Source: Clostridia bacterium (GTDB lineage Bacteria > Bacillota > Clostridia > Christensenellales > CAG-138). Taken from it: a stretch of DNA of 64,000 nt. The notes beneath the pieces are model-generated. The model saw only the letters and a program-made list of their open reading frames with translations. It was not told the origin of the DNA and ran no database searches. Positions 45,815-55,875 of this stretch are shown in pieces. The stretch spans positions 8,535 through 72,534 of the forward strand of contig JAFXVP010000030.1 in assembly GCA_017524445.1 (NCBI GenBank). Direction: 5' to 3'. Position numbers and translations under genes: made by a program. How positions within the stretch are numbered: the stretch's first letter is position 1; each line of letters opens with the position of its first letter.

Positions 45815-46651
45815 TCATAACTGCTTCAGTTCCGGGATCCGTTCAATCAGCGCGGCGATCGCGTCGTCGTCGTTCGACGGAAGCACGACGTCGGCAAGCT
45901 TCAGCGCGTCCGGATGCCCGTTCTCGGGAACCGCGGCGACGTCCGCGGCGGCAAGCATTTCGAGGTCGTTGTTGTAATCCCCGACGCCGATCATGGTGCG
46001 GCCTCTGAACTTTGGAAGCGTCCGGCACATGTTCAGCGCGGAGCCCTTGTTGACGCCTTTCGGAAGCAGCTCCAGATAATAGGACCCGGGAACGATATCC
46101 GTTGAGGCAAACACGCGGTCAAACCGCCCGGAAAGCCCCTGCTCCTCGATCCACCGGTCCACCCGGTGCATCTGCTCCGGCACGCCGAACAGAAGCGCCT
46201 TGAACCACGGATACGCCTCCGCCTCTTCGATCGAAACGAACCGGCTCGTCTGATGCAGCTTCCAGAACGGGATGTTCAGCGTTTCCTTCGGCGAGACGTA
46301 CAGGATCCCGTCCGGGATATAGACCTGCAGGTCTACGGTCGGCATCTCCCTCTGCGCATAGCGCAGCACCATGGCGATCGCGTCCCGGTCCGCGAACTGC
46401 GTAAACAGAAAGCGGTCGCTTTCCCGGTCGTACACGCCGGCGCCGTTCAGAACGATGCTCGGCGCGTTGAAGGCGACGCCTTCAAGATACTGCATCATGT
46501 TGGAAGGGCAGCGCCCGGTCGAGATCGCAAACAGCCCGCCTTCCTTTGTATATGCTTCTATCGCCCGCCTGTTTCTTTGGCTGACGTTTCCCAGATGATC
46601 GAACAGCGTCCCGTCCAGATCGCAGAAGATTGCCGTTTCGTTCCAACGCAT
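45815..46651 (-). CDS. Cof-type HAD-IIB hydrolase
   Basis: DLDGTL, STGR, NKG, GDYNNDLEM; TTGATA-17-TATAAT promoter upstream. Confidence 0.92.
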   Translation of the reverse strand: MRWNETAIFCDLDGTLFDHLGNVSQRNRRAIEAYTKEGGLFAISTGRCPSNMMQYLEGVAFNAPSIVLNGAGVYDRESDRFLFTQFADRDAIAMVLRYAQREMPTVDLQVYIPDGILYVSPKETLNIPFWKLHQTSRFVSIEEAEAYPWFKALLFGVPEQMHRVDRWIEEQGLSGRFDRVFASTDIVPGSYYLELLPKGVNKGSALNMCRTLPKFRGRTMIGVGDYNNDLEMLAAADVAAVPENGHPDALKLADVVLPSNDDDAIAALIERIPELKQL

Positions 46652-46757
46652 CCTGTCGTCCCCCTTTTTTCGATAAACTGATTATACCACATCACCGCGC
46701 AGGTATCAATTTGATCGTTCAAATCCTGTAAAACTTGCCGGTTCCGGAAAAAAAGAT

Positions 46758-46786
46758 TTGTCATTCCGTCGGGTACATGCTATAAT
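46758..46786 (+). promoter_or_regulatory. SigA promoter of the ABC importer operon
   Basis: TTGTCA-17 nt-TATAAT with extended TG. Confidence 0.75.
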
Positions 46787-46843
46787 ACATGTCGCAGACC
46801 GAAAAACACGATCTGCAAATGCAATTTTTTCAGGAGGAAAAAC

Positions 46844-48172
46844 ATGAAAAAGTTTGTATGCATGATGCTTGCGCTTGTGATGGTCCTCGGACTGATCGCA
46901 TGCGGCGGCACGACGACGCCCGCACAGCAGGGTGAAGAACCGGCGGCGCAGCCCGCAACGGAAGGCGAACCGGCAGCGCAGCCCGCAGCGGAAGGCGAAC
47001 CGGCAGCGGAACCCGAACAGCCCGCCGAGCAGAAGGATTATTCGGGTTATACGATCCGTATCTATTCCAACTCCAACTCGACCGAGCGTGTGACCTGGCT
47101 GATCAATGCCGCGAAGGAAGCGGGCTTCACCATCAGCCTGGACACCAACGAAGTCTATTCCGGCGACAGCGCTGCGATTCAGGCTGCCAACGAGAATAAG
47201 GACGGCGACCTGATCTTCGGTCTCAACGAGACCCGTTGGAGCCAGCTGGTCAACGGCCAGTATGAAAACCTGAAGATCATGGACTGGACCCCGTCCTGGG
47301 CCGACGAAGTCGGTGAGTACAAGTATGACGGCAAGGCCTACGGCATCGTCATCCAGAACGTGCTCATGCTCTATCGGAACGATGAGCTCGGCACCAACGG
47401 TCAGGAGCTCCACTTCGACCATTGGGCGGACGTGGTGAACTGCGGCTACACCTGGTACCGTCAGAACAAGGTCGGCGGCACCACCAACGCCAACATCAAC
47501 TCCGCGATCCTCTTCCCGTTCGCGGATGCAGCGTCCCCCGCGGGCGGCATCACCGTGGACGGCTGGAAGACCCTGTGGAAGTTCTGCGCGGACGGCAAGT
47601 TCGGCGGCGACGACTGGAAATACGGCTTTGATCCCTTGAACAGAGGCGACGTGGCCGTGTCCGAGTACTACTCCTCTTCCCTGTACGGCTCCATCGACAC
47701 CGCAGCCGACGGCAGCAAGACCCCGCTCGTCGGCACCATAAACCCCGAGAACTGGGCGCTCGTGGACATCAAGGACGGCACCTACTACATCGCTGAGTAC
47801 GTCGGCATCCTGGATCGTGACGGCCGTACCGAAGAACAGACCGAAGCTGTGAAGGCATTCGCAGAGTGGTTCGGTTCCGCCGCAACGCAGGCTGCCTGGG
47901 GCGAAGAGTTTGACTCCTTCCCCTGCAACACCGTTGCTGCTGCCACCCTCTATCCCGACGGCATCCCCGCCATCTACCAGATCCCCAACTTTGCTCTGAA
48001 CAAGGTTGCAGGCACCGACATGACCTATGCCGAGTACGTTGCTGCCCACAGCGCTGAATGGACCAACATCCTCACCAACCTGGGCTTCTACTGGAAGGAC
48101 GCCAACGACGCGAAGGCGGAACCCGACTGGGCAAACCTCGACTGGAGCGTTCTCACGCAGAAAGCAGAATAA
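46844..48172 (+). CDS. ABC transporter substrate-binding lipoprotein (Fe3+/AfuA-like cluster)
   Basis: Lipobox LIAC, EPAAQPA linker repeats, GGTT motif; first gene of the ABC operon; hairpin at 48194-48222 follows. Confidence 0.85.
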   Translation: MKKFVCMMLALVMVLGLIACGGTTTPAQQGEEPAAQPATEGEPAAQPAAEGEPAAEPEQPAEQKDYSGYTIRIYSNSNSTERVTWLINAAKEAGFTISLDTNEVYSGDSAAIQAANENKDGDLIFGLNETRWSQLVNGQYENLKIMDWTPSWADEVGEYKYDGKAYGIVIQNVLMLYRNDELGTNGQELHFDHWADVVNCGYTWYRQNKVGGTTNANINSAILFPFADAASPAGGITVDGWKTLWKFCADGKFGGDDWKYGFDPLNRGDVAVSEYYSSSLYGSIDTAADGSKTPLVGTINPENWALVDIKDGTYYIAEYVGILDRDGRTEEQTEAVKAFAEWFGSAATQAAWGEEFDSFPCNTVAAATLYPDGIPAIYQIPNFALNKVAGTDMTYAEYVAAHSAEWTNILTNLGFYWKDANDAKAEPDWANLDWSVLTQKAE

Positions 48173-48257
48173 CACACCTACGTTTACGATCCGTATGGCG
48201 AGCCGGTCTCCGGCTCGCCATACACATAAAACAGATCCCTGAATAAGGAGTAAGGTA

Positions 48258-49295
48258 ATGATTCAGTTAAAAGACATTGTTGTCAAATTTGGTGATTTCA
48301 CCGCGCTGCACGATATCAATGTCCACGTGAAAGAGGGGGAATTTTTCACTTTTCTGGGACCGAGCGGCTGCGGCAAGACCACGACGCTCCGGACGATCAC
48401 AGGGTTTATCGAGCCGGTCAGCGGCACCGTGGTCGTCAAGGACCGCGACATCACGCACGTTCCGATCGAAAACCGCAACATCGGCATCGTCTTCCAGAGC
48501 TACGCGCTGTTCCCGACGATGACGGTTTACGACAACATCGCGTTCGGCCTCAAGATCAAGCATTTCAAGAGAAAAGAGATCGATCGGAAGGTGCGTGAGA
48601 TCGCAAAGAAGGTCGATCTATCCGACGATCAGCTCAAAAAAGCCGTTTCCCAGCTTTCCGGCGGTCAGCAGCAGCGCGTCGCGATCGCCCGCGCGCTCGT
48701 GACGGAACCCGCCATCATCTGCATGGACGAGCCGCTTTCGAACCTGGACGCAAAGCTGCGCGTGCAGCTTAGAAACGAGCTCAAAAAGATGCAGAAGGAT
48801 TTCGGCATCACGACGATCTACGTCACCCACGACCAGGAGGAAGCGCTGACGCTGTCCGACCGCATCGCCGTGTTCAACAAGGGCTACATCGAGCAGATCG
48901 GCACGCCGAACGAGGTTTACAATTATTCCGCGACCGAATTCGTCTGCAATTTCATCGGCGACATCAACCGTCTGGAGGAGGGCGTGCTCAAAGCGCTTCA
49001 GGCGGCGGGTGCCGACGTGGATCCCGATAAGCATAACTACATCCGTCTGGAGCGGCTCCATGTGAACCAGACCCCCGCCCCCGGCGAAGTCATCCTGAAG
49101 GGCGTGGTGGAAAGCCGCGAGTACTACGGCCTGTACATCAAGTATTACATCACTCTGGAAGGTCAGACCATCAAGGTCATCGAAAAGAACGACGGCGTGA
49201 ACATCTACGAGCCCGGACAGGCGGTGGACGTGCTGCTGAATCCGCGGGACATCATGGTCTACGACGCGCCGGAACCGACTGAGGAGGAGGCCTGA
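48258..49295 (+). CDS. ABC transporter ATP-binding protein (FbpC/PotA-like)
   Basis: GPSGCGKT, VFQSYALFP, LSGGQQQR, DEPLSNLD, VTHDQEEA. Confidence 0.95.
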   Translation: MIQLKDIVVKFGDFTALHDINVHVKEGEFFTFLGPSGCGKTTTLRTITGFIEPVSGTVVVKDRDITHVPIENRNIGIVFQSYALFPTMTVYDNIAFGLKIKHFKRKEIDRKVREIAKKVDLSDDQLKKAVSQLSGGQQQRVAIARALVTEPAIICMDEPLSNLDAKLRVQLRNELKKMQKDFGITTIYVTHDQEEALTLSDRIAVFNKGYIEQIGTPNEVYNYSATEFVCNFIGDINRLEEGVLKALQAAGADVDPDKHNYIRLERLHVNQTPAPGEVILKGVVESREYYGLYIKYYITLEGQTIKVIEKNDGVNIYEPGQAVDVLLNPRDIMVYDAPEPTEEEA

Positions 49296-49296
49296 G

Positions 49297-51195
49297 ATGA
49301 ACGCCGACAAAAGACGGTTCACCCCGGAGCTGGTGCTCAGGATCATACTGCTGATCCTGTTTGCCTACCTGTTCTTCGGCTTCATGCTCGTTCCGTGTCT
49401 GAATACGCTCACCAGCATCTTCACTGCGAAGAACGCGTCGGGTCAGACCGATCCGTTTGCCGTGATCCGGTTCTTTCTCGCAGGAAGCATGGGCAAATAC
49501 GTCTGGAACTCGCTGAAGCTTGCGATCCTGCTTGTCATCACGGTGAATCTGGTGGGCATCTCTCTGGTGCTGCTGACGGAATACTTTGACATCAAGGGCG
49601 CCAAGATCCTGCGCATGGGCTACATGACCACCATGATCTACTCCGGCGTCGCGCTCGTCACAGGCTACATGTTCCTCTACGCGGGCGACGGCATGATCAC
49701 GGAGCTTCTGAAAAACGCCTTCCCCGGCTTCAACCAGAACTGGTTCTCGGGCTTCAACGCGGTGCTCTTCACCATGACCTTTGCCTGTACGTCGAACCAC
49801 ATGCTGTTTTTACGGAACGCCATCCGCGGCATCGACTACAACACGGTCGAAGCCGCGCGGAACATGGGTGCGAATCCGTTCAAGGTGCTGTGGAAGGTCG
49901 TTTTCCCGACGCTGATCCCGACGCTGTTCTCGCTGACGGTCATGACGTTCATCACGGGTCTTTGCGCGATGTCCGCGCCGACGCTGCTCGGCTACGACTC
50001 GATCAACCCGGAGATCGTGCGTCTGGCGGGCTCGTCCACGGCGGACGAATCCTTCCCGCAGGCACGCGCAGCGCTGCTTTCCATTATCCTTGCGGCGTTC
50101 ACCATCGTGCTTTTGACGGTGCTCTCCGCGTATGAGCGCAAGGGGCATTACCTGTCCGTTTCGAAGACCAAGGCAAAGCTGCAGAAGCAGAAGATCAACA
50201 ACCCGGTGGCGAATGTGATCGCGCACATCTACGCCTACATCCTGTTCATCATCTACATGACGCCGGTCGTGATGATCATCGTGTTCTCCTTCCAGAACTA
50301 CAGCGCGATCAAGGCAAGGCGTCTGGACTGGAACGGGTGGACGCTGATCAACTTCTTCGGCACCGCCGATTACTCCTACACCAACGACCGCGGCAAGCTG
50401 AAGACCGTCACGGGCGCCATCTCCGGCGTGTTCTCCAACGAAAAGACCCTCGGCGGCATCAAGCTCAGCTTCCTTCTGTCGGCGGCAGCAGCGGCGCTGG
50501 CGTGCATCATCGTCATCATTGCCTGCAACTATATCTTTAAGAAGAAGGGCAAGAAGATGAGCACTGTCGTGGAATACGCGCTGCTGTTCCCGTGGCTTCT
50601 GCCCACCATCCTCATCTGCTACTCCTACCGGACCTTCTTCAATTCCAACGCCGTCTGGTATGTGGGGAACCAGAATCTGTACTTCGGGCAAAACGTGAAG
50701 CTTCTGATCATAATGGCCTACACGGTGGTGAAGCTGCCGTTCTCGCTGCGCATGATCAAGGCCTCCTTCTATGCCATCGACGAGGAGCTGGAGGACGCGG
50801 CCCGGAACCTGGGCTCCAGCGGCTTCCGAACGTTCCTGCAGGTGAAGCTGCCCATCATCTTACCAAGCGTGCTGGCGGTCTTCGCCCTGAACTTCAACGC
50901 GCTGTTCACGGAATATGACATGTCCGCCACCTTCCAGAGCCCGAACGGGATCACCTATGCCATGGTCATTCAGGGGATGCTCGCCGACGCCACCCGCGGC
51001 GCGAACATGAACGCGCTCGGCCGCCGATGCGCCTCGACCGTGTTTATCATGATCGTATCCGGGCTGATCCTGTACCTCGTCTACGGCGTCGGATCGCGCG
51101 ATCTCGGCGAACGGCTTCAGCGGCGCGAACTCCGGAGAAAACGCATCGAGAAGCTGTCAAAACCGTTCCGAAAAGGAGTATCTGCAAAAGGATGA
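49297..51195 (+). CDS. ABC transporter permease (fused FbpB/AfuB-like)
   Basis: Two EAA loops (VEAARNMGA, LEDAARNLGS); many TM segments. Confidence 0.92.
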   Translation: MNADKRRFTPELVLRIILLILFAYLFFGFMLVPCLNTLTSIFTAKNASGQTDPFAVIRFFLAGSMGKYVWNSLKLAILLVITVNLVGISLVLLTEYFDIKGAKILRMGYMTTMIYSGVALVTGYMFLYAGDGMITELLKNAFPGFNQNWFSGFNAVLFTMTFACTSNHMLFLRNAIRGIDYNTVEAARNMGANPFKVLWKVVFPTLIPTLFSLTVMTFITGLCAMSAPTLLGYDSINPEIVRLAGSSTADESFPQARAALLSIILAAFTIVLLTVLSAYERKGHYLSVSKTKAKLQKQKINNPVANVIAHIYAYILFIIYMTPVVMIIVFSFQNYSAIKARRLDWNGWTLINFFGTADYSYTNDRGKLKTVTGAISGVFSNEKTLGGIKLSFLLSAAAAALACIIVIIACNYIFKKKGKKMSTVVEYALLFPWLLPTILICYSYRTFFNSNAVWYVGNQNLYFGQNVKLLIIMAYTVVKLPFSLRMIKASFYAIDEELEDAARNLGSSGFRTFLQVKLPIILPSVLAVFALNFNALFTEYDMSATFQSPNGITYAMVIQGMLADATRGANMNALGRRCASTVFIMIVSGLILYLVYGVGSRDLGERLQRRELRRKRIEKLSKPFRKGVSAKG

Positions 51196-51812
51196 TACGG
51201 AATATTGTATGTGATATGGGCGGCGTCCTGATTGCATGGGACCCGCCCATGCTCGTCGATCGGCTCGGCCTTTCTCCCGTAGACAAAGCGCTGCTGCTGC
51301 GCGAAGTGTTCCGCTCGGCCGACTGGGTAGCCCAGGACCGCGGCGTGGTCCCGCAGGAAGAGATCGTAACCAACATGTGCAGGCGGCTCCCAAAACGTCT
51401 GCACCGCTATGCGGCGGATTTCGTGTACGGTTGGTGGAAGGGCCCGTTCGTTCCGATCGAGGGCGTCGACGCGCTGCTGCACGAGCTGAAGGCGAACGGC
51501 TATACGCTCTACGTCCTCTCGAACGCGTCCCGCGCGCTGCACGACTACTTCCCCCGTCTGCCCGCCTCCGACGTGTTCTCGGGTCTCATTGTGTCCGCCG
51601 ACTGGGGGATCTTAAAGCCGGATCGCGAGCTGTACCGGATCCTGTTCCGCGAATACGGTCTGAACCCGGAGGAATGCTATTTTATCGACGATTCTTCGCT
51701 GAACGTCGAAGCCGGGATCACGCTCGGCATGCAGGGCTCCGTGTTTGACGGCAGCATCGCACGGCTCCGCCGGGAGCTCACGGAAGCCGGCGTGACCGTT
51801 TCGATCGAATAA
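51192..51812 (+). CDS. HAD family phosphatase
   Basis: CDMGGVL, LSN, LKPD, FIDD; ATGA overlap with the permease. Confidence 0.9.
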   Translation: MIRNIVCDMGGVLIAWDPPMLVDRLGLSPVDKALLLREVFRSADWVAQDRGVVPQEEIVTNMCRRLPKRLHRYAADFVYGWWKGPFVPIEGVDALLHELKANGYTLYVLSNASRALHDYFPRLPASDVFSGLIVSADWGILKPDRELYRILFREYGLNPEECYFIDDSSLNVEAGITLGMQGSVFDGSIARLRRELTEAGVTVSIE

Positions 51813-52002
51813 GGCATAGCGGGGCGTCGAGGACTTCCCACTTCGTTACATAGGCGGATCGCCTGTCCTGTTGAACGAAAACCGCATCTTGGAACGAGTA
51901 TCCGTTTCCGGGCGGTTTTTTTGTTCAAAATTCTTGCAATACAAAGCTGTTTATGATAAAAAAGCATAAAGACAACAGTTTGTGAAAGAGAGCTCTGTGA
52001 CC

Positions 52003-53007
52003 ATGATCGAGGTAAATGACTTAACAAAGGTATTCAGAAAACCGATCCGCGGAAACGGTCTGTCCGGGATGGTGAAAACGCTGTTTTCGCGAAAATACGA
52101 CGAGGTCCGGGCGGTGGACGGGATCAGCTTTTCCGTGCCCGACGGGGAGATCGTGGGGTATATCGGCGCGAACGGCGCGGGAAAATCGACGACGATCAAA
52201 ATGATGTGCGGCATCCTCACGCCGACCTCCGGGACCGTTCTCATCGATGGGGTCGAGCCCTACCGCAAGCGGCGGCAGGTCGCGCAGCACATCGGCGTCG
52301 TCTTCGGTCAGAAGACGCAGCTGTGGTGGGATATCCCGCTGATCGAATCGTTCAAGGTGCTCAAGGAGATCTATCAGGTCTCCGACGCCGACTACAGGGA
52401 ACGCATGGACTTTCTCGGCGAGGTGCTGGACATCACGCGGTTTCTCTCGCAGCCGGTGCGCACGCTTTCGTTGGGCGAACGCATGCGGGCGGACCTTGCG
52501 GCGTCGATGCTTCACAACCCGCGCATTCTGTTTCTGGACGAGCCGACCATCGGCATGGACGTGCTGGTAAAGGAGAAGATCCGGCTTGCGATCCGCGCGC
52601 TGAACAAAACGTACGGCACCTCCGTCGTGCTGACCACGCACGACATGACCGACATCGAAAATCTCTGCTCGCGCATCATTCTGCTCGAAAAGGGAAGCAT
52701 CCTCTACGACGGTCCGCTGAAAAGTCTCAAAACCCGCTTCGGCAATATCAAGACCCTGACGCTGACCGTCCCGGCGGACATCCATGCCGAAACCGCGCCC
52801 GTGCTCTCGCCCGAGGTCGCCGTCTCCGAGGAGGACGGGCGTCTTCTGCTGCGCTTCGACGCGGACAAAATCGCGCTTGAACAGGTGGTCCAGTATGCGT
52901 TCCGCGATCTTAGGGCAATGGATATGAAGATCGCCGAGATCTCCATCGGCGACGTGGTCAAGACGATCCTGGAACAGCAGGAGGCGGAGCATGCTGAAAA
53001 AGTATAA
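52003..53007 (+). CDS. ABC-2 type exporter ATP-binding protein
   Basis: GANGAGKST, VFGQKTQLWWD, LSLGERMR, DEPTIG. Confidence 0.93.
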   Translation: MIEVNDLTKVFRKPIRGNGLSGMVKTLFSRKYDEVRAVDGISFSVPDGEIVGYIGANGAGKSTTIKMMCGILTPTSGTVLIDGVEPYRKRRQVAQHIGVVFGQKTQLWWDIPLIESFKVLKEIYQVSDADYRERMDFLGEVLDITRFLSQPVRTLSLGERMRADLAASMLHNPRILFLDEPTIGMDVLVKEKIRLAIRALNKTYGTSVVLTTHDMTDIENLCSRIILLEKGSILYDGPLKSLKTRFGNIKTLTLTVPADIHAETAPVLSPEVAVSEEDGRLLLRFDADKIALEQVVQYAFRDLRAMDMKIAEISIGDVVKTILEQQEAEHAEKV

Positions 53008-53824
53008 GCCCTTCCTCCGCGCCGGCGCGATCGACACGACGGCCTACCGATTCAATATCCTGATCTGGGCTGTCATCACGGTTTGCGAGGTCGCCTGCAT
53101 GGTCTTTCTGTGGCTGGCAGTCTACCGTTCAAGCGAGGGCGGCATGGACGCCGAGATCCACGGCTTTACCTACCGCGAGATGATCGCTTACGTCGTGCTG
53201 ACGACGATCTTCAATTTTGTGACGTACAACAACGACACGCTGTGGAACATCAATGCCGACATCAAGAAAGGCACCGTCGGCAATTATCTCATCAAGCCGA
53301 TCAGCTACCGCGGCAAGTTCGCAGCGACCAGTCTCGGCAACCTGTTCACGATGACGCTGATGTTCGGCGTACCGCTGTACGCCGCGGCGCTCGTGACGCT
53401 CGGCGTCCTCGGTTTTCTGCCGGATCTCAGCTTCCCGGCGTTCTTCGCGCATCTCGGGCTGTTTCTGCTGTCCGGGCTGTCCGCGTCGCTTCTGAACGAC
53501 ACGATCGCCTATATCTTCGGCGTCCTGTGCTTCTACACCTCCTCCGGCTGGGGATTGAATTCGCTCAAGGTCACGCTGATCTCGTTCCTTTCCGGCACGC
53601 TGCTGCCGATCGCGTTCTTTCCGAAGGGGCTTCGTGACGTCGTGAGCTGGATGCCCTTTGCCGGCATGAGTCAGAATCCGGTTCTGATCCTGATGATGAA
53701 ATACGACCTTACAGAATCGCTGCGCTGCGTTGCGCTGTCGTTCGCATGGATCGTCGTGCTGGAACTCTTCGCAAAGCTCCTGTTCTCGCACGCAGTCCGC
53801 AAGGTCACGGTGCACGGAGGCTGA
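52991..53824 (+). CDS. ABC-2 family permease (DUF990-like)
   Basis: YR...W.AVY, IKKGTV...KPISY, FLSG..LP..FFP. Confidence 0.88.
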   Translation: MLKKYKPFLRAGAIDTTAYRFNILIWAVITVCEVACMVFLWLAVYRSSEGGMDAEIHGFTYREMIAYVVLTTIFNFVTYNNDTLWNINADIKKGTVGNYLIKPISYRGKFAATSLGNLFTMTLMFGVPLYAAALVTLGVLGFLPDLSFPAFFAHLGLFLLSGLSASLLNDTIAYIFGVLCFYTSSGWGLNSLKVTLISFLSGTLLPIAFFPKGLRDVVSWMPFAGMSQNPVLILMMKYDLTESLRCVALSFAWIVVLELFAKLLFSHAVRKVTVHGG

Positions 53825-53825
53825 T

Positions 53826-54617
53826 ATGCGGTACGTTCATCTGTATTTCACCTGCATCAAGCGCAGCATGATCTCCCGGCTGGAGTATAAGAAGGACACG
53901 ATCGTTGCGCTGTTCTCGTTCTTCTTTTCCAACCTCTGCTCGCTGGCTGCAATATACTTCATCCTGCAGGCCATCCCTGCGCTCAGCGGCTATTCCCTGC
54001 CCGAAGTCGGATTCTTCTACGGTTTCTCGATGCTGCCGATCTCGCTCGACCACCTGTTCAGCGACGAATTCTGGCTGGTCGCCTATCGCCGGGTCAAGGA
54101 CGGGGATATGGACATGCACTTTTTGCGTCCGGTGCCGGTCATGTTTCAGGTGTTTGCCGAGACCTTCCAGCCGGAGGGCTTCGGCGAGCTGATCCTCGGC
54201 GTGGCGCTGATCACGGTCTGCGCTCTGAATCTCACGGTAAACGTCACGTTCGGGGCAATCGTCGTGCTGTGCGTCGGCGCGGTCTTCGGTGCGATCATCA
54301 TCACCTCGCTCAAGGTGGCGATGTCCGCGCTTGCCTTCATCTTCAAGCGCAGCGGACCTTTGCTTCAGGTCATCTACAACTTCTCGTCCTATGCGAAATA
54401 TCCGCTCGCCATCTATCCGGGTCTCATCCGCGCGCTTCTGATCTTCGTGCTGCCGTTCGGACTGTTCATTTCGCTGCCGGTCGACACGCTGCTCTACGGC
54501 AAGTACAACCCGTGGCTGCTCTCCCTTGCGATCATCGGCTGCGCCGCCGTTTTCTTCGCCCTCGCCACATGGATCTGGACCATATGCGAGCGCCGTTACG
54601 AATCGACGGGCAGTTAA
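53826..54617 (+). CDS. ABC-2 family permease (DUF990-like)
   Basis: GDMD..LRPV, KYPLAIYP, RYESTGS C-terminus; GGAGG RBS. Confidence 0.88.
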   Translation: MRYVHLYFTCIKRSMISRLEYKKDTIVALFSFFFSNLCSLAAIYFILQAIPALSGYSLPEVGFFYGFSMLPISLDHLFSDEFWLVAYRRVKDGDMDMHFLRPVPVMFQVFAETFQPEGFGELILGVALITVCALNLTVNVTFGAIVVLCVGAVFGAIIITSLKVAMSALAFIFKRSGPLLQVIYNFSSYAKYPLAIYPGLIRALLIFVLPFGLFISLPVDTLLYGKYNPWLLSLAIIGCAAVFFALATWIWTICERRYESTGS

Positions 54618-54635
54618 GGTCGGTACGAACCCAAA

Positions 54636-55012
54636 GCCTTTCCCCGCGGACAGCGTGGGGAAGAGATGGCGACGCGCGACCTGACGCGCGATAGCTCCGC
54701 TGAAACGAAGCGCAGCGGAGTGTGATCCGGCGCTGAAAGCGCCGGATGAGGGTCCCTTGTGAATGAATTGCGCCATACGGCGCATGAATTGTCCTGCGGA
54801 CATGGCGGGGCGCCGGGGTCGTCGCCCCATGCACGGCGCATGAATTGTCCTGCGGACATGAATCCACTTCGTTACAGAGGTAGATCGCGCGACGACGCAA
54901 CGCGTCGTCTACCGCGTACCATGGCTGCGCCATGAATGTTTAGATTGTCTGTAGGGGCGGATATCATCCGCCCGCCAAAACAGCGGTACGGGAAGATGAT
55001 ATCTTCCCCCAC
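54636..55012. repeat. Composite cluster of REP-like unit, ATGAATT hairpin chain, CCACT mini-element and GTAG-REP doublet
   Basis: Shares blocks with 19886-20442, 39839-39916, 42775-42830 and 60741-60930. Confidence 0.85.
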
Positions 55013-55020
55013 GACATGAT

Positions 55021-55752
55021 TTACCGATACAATTTTACCCGGTCCCCGAAGACCTTCAGGATCGCCTCTGTGAGGCGGTTCTTTTCGTTTCCGGAAAGAT
55101 CGTAGACCGTGAGACGCATCGGCGCCATGTTGACAAGCAGGTTTAAGATGCCGTCCGGCGCGCAGTCGACGTATTCGATGTGCACGTCGTTGTCATCGGA
55201 AAGCGTGATCGTCCCGTCCGCGTGGATGCAGACCGAAAGCTGATTCACGCGGCTTGCCCGCCCCGCAACGAAGCGCCGAAGCGCTTCGATCAGCTCGCCG
55301 TATTCCTTGTTCATCAGCACGCGCGCCGCCGCCTGCTCAACCGCAAGTTCCCAGAGCATCAGAAATTCCTGCATGCGAAAGCGCAGAAAGCCCTCCAAAA
55401 CGAGCGTGCGATGCGTCACAAGATAGTCCGCGATCTTCTGTTTCAGCACCTTTCGCTCCTCGCGGCAGGCCGCGGCTTCCAGCGCGTCCTTCAATACGCT
55501 CTGCTTATCCGAAAGCGAAAGCGGCAGCGCGTCCGCGTACTCCGCAAGCGCAAAATACCGGAGATCGCGTCCGAGCACGAAGCTCAGCGCCTCCGCCGCC
55601 GCGTCCTCCGGCGCTTTGCCGCGCAGCTTCAGCACGACGCCGTCCGGGATCGCCTCGAGCGCGTACGCGCAGTCGAGCTCGCTCATGCGGCGGTTCATGA
55701 GCTTCAATAGCGGCAGATCATATTCGTATGTCAGGATCTCGTAAACGGTCAT
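55021..55752 (-). CDS. ytxC: Putative sporulation protein YtxC
   Basis: LEGFLRFRM, EY.ELI..LR.FV, AP..L.VY, ILKVFGDRV; CATAGGAT (SigE/SigK-type -10) at 55771-55778. Confidence 0.72.
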   Translation of the reverse strand: MTVYEILTYEYDLPLLKLMNRRMSELDCAYALEAIPDGVVLKLRGKAPEDAAAEALSFVLGRDLRYFALAEYADALPLSLSDKQSVLKDALEAAACREERKVLKQKIADYLVTHRTLVLEGFLRFRMQEFLMLWELAVEQAAARVLMNKEYGELIEALRRFVAGRASRVNQLSVCIHADGTITLSDDNDVHIEYVDCAPDGILNLLVNMAPMRLTVYDLSGNEKNRLTEAILKVFGDRVKLYR

Positions 55753-55875
55753 TCCCTGCTCCTTTTCTGTATCCTATGCCCGAACGCGGTTAGTTTGTGC
55801 CGCCTGCTGCAAAGATATTACGCGCAAAAAAAGAAGACCCCCGAAAGGCTCTTCTTTCATCTTTTCAATCACCCG

